Below are positions 53,769 to 64,000 of a stretch of 64,000 nucleotides of DNA, piece by piece (the stretch's first letter is position 1; every line of letters starts with the position of its first letter). This DNA is from Sphaerodactylus townsendi (taxonomy: Eukaryota). The notes below the pieces were generated by a model. The model saw only the letters and a list, made by a program, of their open reading frames with translations. It was not told where the DNA came from and ran no database searches. The position numbers and the translations under genes were made by a program. The stretch covers positions 29,140,001 through 29,204,000 of the forward strand of contig NC_059435.1 of NCBI RefSeq assembly GCF_021028975.2, read 5' to 3'.

Positions 53769-55282
53769 AGTCCAGTAGTGTGCATTATATACAACAAAGA
53801 AGTACCTTCAGAAATGGTATCTCTCATAATTGTTAGCTCCATATCATGGCACAATCAAATTGTTCATTATACTCAGGGCTGGCAATAGCCACCATGGGCC
53901 CTGTACACAAATTCAACCTTTTCCCTCTCCTGCATATAATACAAACCTTGTGCTTTATTTTGTAATTTTATATTTATAAATGCACACACACATATGTACA
54001 AATGTAGGGCACACTTCTTATACCTGATGAAGTGGGCTGTAGTTAAAAAACTTCATGCCACCAGAATCTTCAAAAAGTAACTCAGTAAGAAATGTATTTA
54101 AGCGTATCCTTGTAACTTTACCCTGCACAAAAGCAGGGGCAAACTGATTATGTAGTAGAGCTAAATGAGAAGTACTGGGATCATTGGGATGGATTTTGCT
54201 GAAAAGATTTTCTAAAAGATTATGTCATTTTCTAAAACGATCGTTGTTTGTCATATAACATGCAGCTTAATGTCTGTAGTGGCAAAGTAGCATTTACAAA
54301 GGGATAGTCAACATTCCACCAATACAGTAATAAAAACAACAATACAGTAATAAAAACAACCCACTGACTGAACAGTGTTTTAAATGTAATTAGGTCTAAT
54401 TAAGGAAGCAGGGGAGAGGAATGCTAAATTCTGTTCCATATATGTAACAGCTAAGAAACCTTAACATTTCATTACTATGGATGTACAGGGTGGAGGGGCA
54501 AACATTGTTACTAAGCAGAGTCAAAAGCAGCTCACTGCCTGCTCAGTAGTTTAATGGAATCAAACACCAAGTACAGAAGAGTAAAACAGCACCAAGTACA
54601 GAGTGCAAACTTTTATTCAGTAGTATTAGAGGCAACTCCGAGTACTAAGGGGGGTTGGTCATCGGGTGGATTGGGAATTTTTATTTCTACTTGTCTAAAG
54701 TTACATGTTAAGAGACCACCCAGCTCATGTAAGTGGGCCTTGATAACTTTGTTATATGTTAAGTCATTCTGTTTACTTTTGTATTGATATTTATTTTCCT
54801 CCTTCTCATGTTAAGGCTCAGGTGAAATCAAGGTGGTATGAAGTGGAGGCGATGTTTTCCCACCTTATACAAATCTACCCATCTGCTCATCTGGTTATAG
54901 GTGGGGATTTCAATGCTAAAATGGGACAGAATGGTGAAATGTTGATGGATCAATTTGGTCTCTGTTCTGAGGACAGTGAGATTCCTTCCACCTATAGGCA
55001 AAGACTTGCTCGTGATATGGCAGTCAACTACTCAAGCATATGCCTGTATCAAGCAGCATCTAAATATAACCTAATAATTTTAAATGGGACTCAACCAGCA
55101 GACTATCCAGGCCAATTTTCCTTCTGGTCAGGTGTTAAAGTATCAACAATTGATTATTTTCTGGTCCCACAAGATATACAGAATAAAATCAAGCATTTCA
55201 CAATCAGCCCCTGAGTAGAAGGCGATCACTTTCCATTCATCTTGGAGTACACCATAGATTGTGATCTCCTGTCATACTCTAA

Positions 55283-55786
55283 GGCCCTTTCCACACATGG
55301 GCGGAAACGAGCCTCCATTGGCATAATTTATGCCGATTGAGGCTCTGGGACCATTCGAATGCTAGCGTAAAAGCGGCCCCCTCTCCCCCCCCCAGCCAGA
55401 GAGGGGGAGTCAGCCCCCTCCACTCCCTCTCGGTCAGCCCTCTCCTCTCACCGTCATGTCTAGCGTCACCCTGGAGGGCTGCAGGGACCGGCACACTCTG
55501 CCCTCTGACCTCCAAGGGTCGGAGGGCAGTGTGGGTGGGTCCCTGCAGCCCTTCAGGGCGATGCTAGACATGACGGTGAGTGGAGGCGATGGGGGAAGCA
55601 GCGTTTTCCCAGCAGTGCGGTTCGCACCACACCACTGGGAAGACACTCCTTTGCAAAAACCTTGCTTGTTTTGCAAGGTTAAAAGTGGCTGCTGCATCGC
55701 AGCAGTGCCTCTTTTGTGAACAGTAGCCCAGGGACGGCGTTTTTGCCGTCCCTGGGCTGCTGTATATTGCCCATGCGGAAAGGGCC
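55283..55786. mobile_element. PIF/Harbinger-like MITE, inverted copy of 18133-18594
   Basis: TIR ggccctttccac / gcggaaagggcc; flanks taa/aaa. Confidence 0.9.
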
Positions 55787-56637
55787 AAAGACTCAGCACG
55801 GTTGGTAGAAACAGCTCTAGTTGATAGAAACAGACTGAGACTTAAATGAAATAGCAACATGGAATTTTTTTTTTTACTAATTGGTTTGATTTAGGGATGG
55901 GTATGAGAATGCAAACAAAGTTCTTAAAGAAACAAGAGGTCAGTTTTAAATACCTATAATGAACTTGTACAAACTCTTAAACCCCTCCTTTCGAAAAAGA
56001 GTAGAGAAATAGCTTATCCAAGGTTGTATAACAAACAATGGTTTGTTTAGGATTGTGTGTTAGCAAAATAGAATCTTCTAAGACTGTTTAATGGCTTCCC
56101 AACTGGTTTGATCCCTCAAGCTCATGTACTTGAAGGGAAAAGAGCTTATAAATCCCTGATCAGAGAGAAAAAAGTTAGATGGACATAATAAATGGCAGGC
56201 TCTAATCAGAATGGCAAATTGCAATTATACTATAGCTTTTTGGAAGTTAACAACTCAGAATAGTAAGTTTAACAGTTTTACTATGGTCCACTCTGTTTCA
56301 AGGAAGAATTACTTATGTGACCTCTATAAAAACCAGCAGGCTTTTACATGGCACCACTCATCTTTGTCAAATATGGCACCACTCATACATCAGTAACACA
56401 GCTCATATTCCACCTGATTGGAAAGTGGCCATTATAGTTCCTATATTCCAAAAAGGTATAATGTTGGACCCTGGCAATTTTAGACCAATCAATTTGCTCA
56501 ATGTGGTGAGCAAAATGTATACAAAATATTTGAGTATAAAGCTCTTTGCCTGACTAGATAAGGAAAATCTGTCACTGGATGAGCAAATGGGTTTCCTCAA
56601 AGGCAGCTCAACACTAGATCATTGTCTAGTATTAGAT

Positions 56638-56761
56638 TCGTGGTGGCGAACCGTTGGCACTCCAGATGTTATGGACTACAATTCCCATCAGCCCCTGCCA
56701 GCATGGGCTGATGGGAATTGTAGTCCATAACATCTGGAGTGTCAAAGGTTTGCCACCACTG
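56638..56761. mobile_element. Hairpin hAT MITE in LINE RT
   Basis: gtggtggcgaacc / ggtttgccaccactg; TSD tattagat. Confidence 0.9.
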
Positions 56762-57708
56762 TATTAGATTATCTTTTGGAGAAATATGTGCAGATTAAGA
56801 AAGGCTTTCTGTATGTTGCATTTGCGGATCTCAAGGCCACGTTTGACAATGTTTCACGACTTTGGGCAAAGTTATCAGATACTAATATACTAATATAGAT
56901 GGATGCTTTCTTCAATTATTAATCTCCATGAAAATACAACATTACAGGTGAGGTTTTCATGTGAAGGTCACCTAACTGCACTCCTCCCTGCCCAGAAAGG
57001 AGTAAGGCAAGGATGCCTTCTGGCACTCCATTTATTTAATTTTTATATCAACTTACTTATAACAGGGTTATAGGACAAAGATGTACATGCTCCTGTCTTT
57101 GCTGCCAGCAAGAGAATGTCTATTCTCATGTATGCCGATAATGCAGCTATCCTCTCTCTAACGAGAGTGGGACTTAAACATGCACTTAAGATAGTAGCCC
57201 AACAGTGCACTGAGGAATTCTTAAATGTCAACTATGCAAAGACCAAAATTGTGTACTTTAATGCTAAATTTAAGAAAACATCTTGGCAGATGGCTGAGCA
57301 TCAAATTGAGCAATTAAATTGTTCGTAGCCAAATTCTTAACCCAGCTCACTTATGGTGCTCAGTTTGGAATAGAACTAACTTTACTGAGCTCCTTTGCCG
57401 CCATCATCTCTTCCCCACTGGGTGAACTGAAGTAACTACTCCCACTCCAAGCCAAGGGAAATTAAAACCTGTTAAAAGTCCTGTTAAAAACAGATTAAAA
57501 CAACATTTAAAATGAACTGATTAAAACTGATTAAAATAACCATTAAAATGAAGGGCTTGCAAATTACTCGGTTACCTACAAATCAAGCTCCATAAAATCT
57601 TCAAGCTTCATTATCAACAGTCATTCTAAGGGCAGTGAAAAACAGCTGAGAGGATCCTCATCTCCACACACAAGCATTAATAGGCTCTGCCCTTTGAACA
57701 GTAAAACA

Positions 57709-58892
57709 TCTCTCTCTATATATATAAAAAGTAAACCATGAGTTTGTTCCTGATGGTCTAGCACAGGAACTGCTGGGCCAATTCCTCTGAAAATTTCCAG
57801 CCACTGCAGTCAGCCAGGCAAGAGTGTTTTTAGATGTTCACATACCTGAAATTTCACACCTGGCCCAGGTAAAACACCTTTTTCCTGGCATTCCATGGTG
57901 AAGGACATGAAGTTGGCTGAGTGTAACTGTCAGCCTTAGAATGTTTATGCCCTAAGAATGTTCACTCAGATGGCCAGATATGAGCAGTGAAAACAGTACA
58001 TAGGTAATAACTCAAGTGGAAGTGGAACTCATACACACGCTGCCATGTGAGACGTCAGGTGGGGTTTCCCCCTCACACGCAGGTACCTTTCACTCTCTGT
58101 GCCTCACCCACTACTACCACACAACATACCTACTCTCATACACACTCAGCTCATCCTCACACTTCTTACTCTGCCCTCCCTCACATCCAACCACCGCTTA
58201 ACTACTTCCTCACCCATATTTCAAACCCATATTGAACAAGCTTGAATGTAAAAGACAGCTGGAGGGAGGGAGAGGGAAGGGACAGAGGGGGAGGCATGCA
58301 AGGGAAGAGGAGGGGAGAGAGTGAGGGGTGGCATGCAAGGGAGGGGAGGGAGGGGCCCCAGCATCTGGATATGACCCACCCACCCTAGTGGAGGGAGATG
58401 GAAAGGAGGGAGGGGTGGCATGCAAGGGAAGAGAGGGAGGGAGAGGGAAGGGACAGAGGGGGAGGCATGCAAGGGAAGAGAAGTGAGGGAGGGAGGGGAG
58501 AAAGTGAGGGGTGGGATGCAAGGGAGGTGAGTGAGTAGGCCCAGCATCTGGATATGACCTACCCACCCTAGCGGAGGGAGGGGGAGGGGTGTCATGCAAG
58601 GGAAGAGGAGTGAGGAAGGGGAGAGAGTGAGGGGTGGCATGCAAGGGATAGGAGGGAGAGGACAGCCAGCCTTCATTCCCTGAATACTGCAGTTACAGTT
58701 CAGAAAACCAGGCACGCGTTACTCAGGAGTAAGCTCAGTAAAGCAACCGTGACATACTTTGAATGGTTGCATCGTGCCCCTCAGAGGGTTTACTCAGAAG
58801 CGGCACCCATTGTCACCAGCCAAACTTACTCCCAGGTAAAGGACACCCATTGCCACAATAACCACAAGCAACACATGGCCGGGTACCGCTAG
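57709..58892 (+). mobile_element. Non-autonomous Helitron
   Basis: 5' a|TCtctctctatatatataaaaa and 3' gccgggtaccgCTAG|t; inserted at an AT dinucleotide; no TSD or TIR. Confidence 0.75.
58261..58665 (+). repeat. Purine-rich minisatellite inside the Helitron
   Basis: Repeated gcatgcaaggga units within GA-rich sequence; duplicated ggcccagcatctggatatgacc block. Confidence 0.9.
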
Positions 58893-60507
58893 TTTTAGAT
58901 AATAAAAAAATAAACTGAGATATAAAAGCTAAATAGGGTAAAACTTATTTTAAAAGGTGGAGGAGCTCCACAGAGAGCAACTGTTCAGCAGCCAGAACTG
59001 GAACCTGCAAATGATAATCACTATTTTCTATTAAGAGTGAGTATTAGTTGGGTTCTTCAGAGCTCTGTTTAATACACTAAAATGTACCCTCAATGTTGTC
59101 CTAAGGCAAGAAGCTGGGCTTGTATGTGCAGAGTCATAGTTTTGGAGATCAGCTATTAAGTATTGGCTTAAAATATATGCTCAACTATTGGGTTTACTAT
59201 CCCTGCTTTTGGAAGCAACATCCTACCCAGTTGGGATGAAGAAAATAATCTTAAAACTTCCTTTGTACCTATATATTTTTTTCTTAAATCCTTTTCTAGT
59301 TTAGCGCTTTTAAATTTGTTCCTGTAAATAAAACCTTTCAATTTCTGGTTTCAACTTTACAAACCTCTAGTGCCATTCCCTTATTTAGTTTGTGACAGAA
59401 AGACAACAGGTTGTTTTAGTTTTCTTTCAGAGATACTGCCCTGCCTTGCCCTGCCCTGCCTAACAGACAAGTGCTCTGAAAAAAATATATGTGGCACTAA
59501 AAGAGAAATATGTATTTTTAAACATCCTGTCCACATTACTAAAATGTTTGTTGTGACAATAAAAAGTTGCTCAGTCAGAAATGTTCTGTTAGAGATTTTG
59601 GAAGGAATTTTTTCCCCAGGGCACAGTCAGTTGGCTGACAGTTGTGTCTGTGAGAGACTCGGTGCCTTGTTATATCTGCCTTCTTGTATACAAGTCCTAT
59701 CTTACAGATCTTTCATAAAACAGGAAGTTGGTTGGAGCAAGCGTCATCCATGGGTAGTTATGATTATGCTGGACATCTACAAGGTTATTTACAGTGGAAT
59801 ATCTTAGGCTTTATATGAACAAGTGATTTCGAACATAATGGATGTTTCACTAAAAGTATGCTTAGTTGGTTCTCTACAAAGAATAAAGACATGAAATAGT
59901 TAACTTTTAACAAGATGAAGAAAAGAAGAACATTCAGTACTGTTTCCATACTCTCTTGAGCATGATGAAATTGAAATAGGTTTAGCTACTAGATTGTTAT
60001 GGAGAAGAGGGCAAGAAGGCTTCCAAATAGATAGACTAGAAACAGTGCGGCTAATCTTTCTTTATAAAAATGCAAATATAAATATAGGGAGGTGAATATA
60101 TGAATATGAAATCTCCTGAAGCTTATCTTACTAGAATAGCTTGAGGTTATTATTATTATTATTTGAAACACTAAACGAGGGATGTGAAAAATGAACAGTG
60201 TAACCTAGTTGAACTTGAGACTGTTATATGCGAGTGTATTTTACATTTGCATATCTCTTTCCCCAAAAAGCACTAATTTACACTAGCTTTGTGTGATTTA
60301 GAAAGAGACCAGATTAAGGACTGGTAGACCTGAGTGATGTTAGCAGATAATTAAATCTTTCTTTACTACTTAATAGAATTGATCATGCTATTTGCACGAT
60401 CAGTTAGAAACACTGAAACGTTTTTATATATCACTGAAACAGGTAACTAAAGTGGAGTTAGGGGAGAACAGAAACCTTATAATAAACACTGATGTTATAA
60501 ACTAGAG

Positions 60508-60650
60508 CAGTGGTGGTGAACCTTTGGCACTCCAGATGTGATGGACTACAATTCCCATCAGCCCCTGCCAGCATGGCCAATTGACCATGCTGGCAGGGTC
60601 TGATGGGAATTGTAGTCCATCACATCTGGAGTGCCAAACGTTCGCTACGG
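60508..60650. mobile_element. Hairpin hAT MITE
   Basis: Palindromic body; TSD aactagag. Confidence 0.9.
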
Positions 60651-60852
60651 AACTAGAGTCTTCTGCCAGTGGAACTACTAGGCATCTCACTTTGTGTACT
60701 TATGGCAGCATGACAGAGAATGTAGCTTCTGTGCTACGCTTTGATATATATACATACATACATCTGCCATACATCTGCAGATGGCCAGAAGGTGGAATTG
60801 AAGAGGTCATGTGATACAAAGAGTCTATAGCGTTCCTCCAGATCCTTTAGAG

Positions 60853-61220
60853 CAGTGATTCCCAACCAGGGTTCCATGGTACCCTGGGATGCCGTGAGCA
60901 TGTCCCAGGGGTACCGCGGCAACACTACCAGGCCCCTTCACTTTCATGGTGTCTCCCGCCAGTGCCAGCAAGGACATGGAGCTAGCCCAGGAGGCAGGGC
61001 CTGCTGCAAGGTCAGCAGCCAATTCCCCCACACACCCCCAGTGTTTCCCTTCACCCTGGGAGGGGAAGGTGGGGGGTGGCAAGCAGGGGCACTGGGAGGG
61101 GAAGGTGGGGCACTGGGAGGGGCACTGGGAGGGGAAGATGGGGGGGGATGGCAGGGATACCGTAAGATATGAAGAGTGAGGTCAAGGGTACTGTGATGTC
61201 GAAAAGGTTGGGAAACGCTG
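60853..61220. mobile_element. Charlie-like hAT non-autonomous element
   Basis: TIR cagtgattcccaacc / ggttgggaaacgctg; perfect TSD ctttagag. Confidence 0.88.
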
Positions 61221-62037
61221 CTTTAGAGCTTCTGTCTCCAGCTGGTTTCTTAATCTGAACTATTTGTCAGGCTAAACTGCTGTCATATGGCCCATACCTA
61301 CTCACCTGTTTTCCTGTTTTCCTGCTTGGTTAGCATTTGCTTGTCTCCAGACCACCAGTCTTGGCAGAGCTAATAATTCAAAATGTTCTTTGTTGGAAAT
61401 ATGTCCCATTCATTTATTTAAACTTATTTTTAGTCCATCGTAGTCTTATTTGATCATAGTTTTTTTTAACAGAGAGTATTTTAGATGTCCTTGACATAGT
61501 TCTAAATCTTGTGATGAAAGGTAACCAGAATGTTTGTTATCTATGACAAGGCAATACCATTTTTTGTTCGGTGCATACTGCTTTCTGGTGTAGGAGAAGA
61601 TTTTATATAAACGTCCTTCTCTCTGATATCTCTTAATTTCTGTTCTCATTGTCTTCTGGCCTGTATATCCAAATTCAATGTCTTCATGACAGGTCTATTT
61701 TTTTGGAAAAAGACTTTTTGTATTTGAACAAATTTGTGTGACAAAGAACTGGCTCATCTTTGATATCTGACTGTTTTAGCTTTTGAAATAGAGATAAGGC
61801 AAATATTGAAAATAATATCAAAAGGATATGCCGAAGCAGTGCACACTTACACTGGTGGATTTGTCCTGCATTGGCACTCTGGGGATGTGGCGGGGGTGGT
61901 CCCAAGAGCAAAGTCATCATTAGTTAGCTTCCACCCTTGGTTTGTGGCAGTTACGCTGCAGTCACAGCTCTTGGACTTACATCACACTTTTGAGTGGCAT
62001 AAGTCCATTGAGCCCAATGGAGGGCTATCTGGGGCAA

Positions 62038-62272
62038 NNNNNNNNNNNNNNNNNNNNNNNNNNNNNNNNNNNNNNNNNNNNNNNNNNNNNNNNNNNNNNN
62101 NNNNNNNNNNNNNNNNNNNNNNNNNNNNNNNNNNNNNNNNNNNNNNNNNNNNNNNNNNNNNNNNNNNNNNNNNNNNNNNNNNNNNNNNNNNNNNNNNNNN
62201 NNNNNNNNNNNNNNNNNNNNNNNNNNNNNNNNNNNNNNNNNNNNNNNNNNNNNNNNNNNNNNNNNNNNNNNN
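62038..62272. other. Assembly gap (235 N)
   Basis: Run of N. Confidence 1.
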
Positions 62273-63483
62273 CATCGTCGCAGGGCCAGGGGCCTCCAGC
62301 AGCTCTGCCGCTGCTGAACGCAGTGGCCTGTGTGGGACATAAGGGGTGATGCGGTCCCGTAGGAATGAGGGCCCCATGCCGCATAAGGCCTTAAAGGTCA
62401 GTACCAACACCTTGAAAATGATCCGGAACTCCACTGGGAGCCAGTGCAGGCAGCATAGTACAGGGGTGATGTGATCTGAATAACCACCACCTGTCAAAAG
62501 TCGGGCTGCCGCATTCTGGACTAGCTTCAGCTTCCAGATCAGTCACAAGGGAAGGCCCGCATAGAGCGAGTTACAGTAATCCAACCTCGAGGTGATCGTT
62601 GCATGGATCACAGTGGCCAAGCCAGACTGGGAGAGATAGGGAGCCAGCCGCCGGGCCTGGCAGAGGTGAAAAAACACAACCCAGGTAACATGGGGCACTT
62701 GGCTCTCCATTGATAATGAAGAGTCGAGGCGGACCCCCAGGCTGCAGGCCAAGGACACCAGGGCCAACTCAACCCCCTCCAAGACAGGCGGCCGAAATTC
62801 CCCTGGTCTCTCCCCCTGGCCCAGCCAAAGGACCTCCGTCTTCATTGGATTAAGTTTTAACCTACTCTGCCTCAACCAACCAGCAACCGACTCCAAACAG
62901 TGCTGTAGAGCTGCAGGGGCAGAGGCCACCCCCCCTCCATCAACAGAATGAGCTGGGTGTCATCCACATATAGATGATAGACCAGCCCAAAACTCCGCAC
63001 CAGCTGAGCGAGGGGTCGCATGTAGATGTTAAATAAAAGCGGGGAAAGCAAGGCCCCCTGAGGGACCCCACAACTAAGTGGGGCCCTGTGGGAAGCCTCA
63101 TCCCTGCACCATACCTGCTGACCCCGACCCTGGAGAAACGAGGCAATCCACTGAAGGACAGTGCCCCGTATTCCAGAGGTAGCCAGGCAGTGGATCAAAA
63201 GGTCGTGATCGACCATATCAAACGCTGTTGTAAGATTGAGTAACACCAGCAGCGCCGATCCGCCTCGGTCTAGCTGCATGCGGAGTGTATCTGTGATGGC
63301 GACGAGGATGGTCTCCGTCCCATGCCCAGCACGGAAGCTGGACTGGAAGGGATCAAGCACCGATGTGTCCTCCAGGAAACCCTGAAGCTGCTCCAACACC
63401 ACTCTCTCAATTACCTTCCCCAGAAACTACAGATTCGAAACGGGGCAGTAATTGGCCAGATCACAGCGATCTAAGGATGATCT
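62273..63483 (-). mobile_element. L2 LINE RT region, frameshifted
   Basis: NYCPVSNL, LDPFQSSFRAGHGTET, GVPQGALLSPLLFNIYM, YVDDTQL, SRLDYCNSL and DHITPVL..LHWLPV. Confidence 0.95.
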
Positions 63484-64000
63484 TGTGGGGCCAGAGCCGC
63501 TTCTCTGGTCCTACACAGCAAGATTAGTTTTAAGAAAAACTAAGTTAGAAATAAAAGCAAGGCATCTGATATTAGAAAAACAAACAGACAGTTTACTTAG
63601 CAGAATATAGCAAGTTACAGAATGTGAACACTCCCCAGTGCCCTCGAGTGATAGACAAGGAATTTAGAACGTTACAGAATACAGATAAGTTACAGAAGGT
63701 GACCTCTCCCTAAGGAGGCACACCCCAATCCAATGTTTAGAATGTTACAGGAGATTGCCTTCTCCTGGGTGGCTCTCGAAGGAGGCACGGAATTTAGAAT
63801 GTTACAGGAGGTGACCTCTCCCTAAGGAGATGCACGCCCCAATACAATGTTTAGAATGTTACAGGAGATGACCTCTCCCTAAGGAGAGGCCTTGGTGCTC
63901 TCAAGTGAGAGACACGGCCAGTCGAGGAAGACCTGAGTTTTTGTAAATGCCAAGACGTCACACAGTCCATCCCCTTACTCTACGTATTATGATTCATATA
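63484..64000. mobile_element. Probable LTR with tandem repeats, interrupting the L2
   Basis: L2 homology stops abruptly at tgtggggcc (TG end); four copies of tttagaa(t/c)gttacag, most followed by tgacctctccctaaggag. The other end is outside the window. Confidence 0.55.

Larger units (their letters stand above)
54450..57370 (+). mobile_element. Decayed RTE-X-like LINE (APE endonuclease + RT) with two nested MITEs
   Basis: LVIGGDFNAK, ILNG...GQFSF...STIDYFL, NFRPINLL, EQMGF, GVRQGC and MYADNA; same type as 1-1580. Confidence 0.88.

Noticed and set aside
58210-58715. Pro/Leu-rich 144- and 164-aa ORFs
   Set aside because: Translation of a purine-rich minisatellite.
61806-62384. ORFs spanning N runs (also 44636-44990)
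   Set aside because: Artefacts of assembly gaps.
63655-63890. CRISPR-like repeat-spacer array
   Set aside because: Eukaryotic context, no cas genes, and the spacers are related to one another; it is a tandem repeat in an LTR-like element.

Overview
Vertebrate genomic DNA. The repeat content (Squam3-like tRNA SINEs, 5S-Sauria-like SINEs, lizard-type L1/L2/CR1, Penelope remnants) points to a squamate, most likely a gecko; this is inference. The only host coding sequence I can support is one + strand exon (CDS 30122-30301) encoding the first 60 aa of copine-4 (CPNE4). The rest is probably CPNE4 upstream/intronic sequence with no further recognisable exon. It is dense in transposable elements: two RTE-X-like LINEs, a decayed L1, a fairly intact L2 interrupted by an LTR-like sequence, many hAT MITEs with 8-bp target-site duplications (TSDs), PIF/Harbinger MITEs with 3-bp TSDs, a non-autonomous Helitron and two Penelope-derived inverted repeats with hammerhead-ribozyme remnants. 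There are two assembly gaps. Almost all ORFs in the track are spurious. I found no convincing new gene system. The most notable pattern is that three unrelated mobile elements have inserted at the same ~10-bp site in separate copies of one small MITE family. Family names come from recalled motifs, not database searches.
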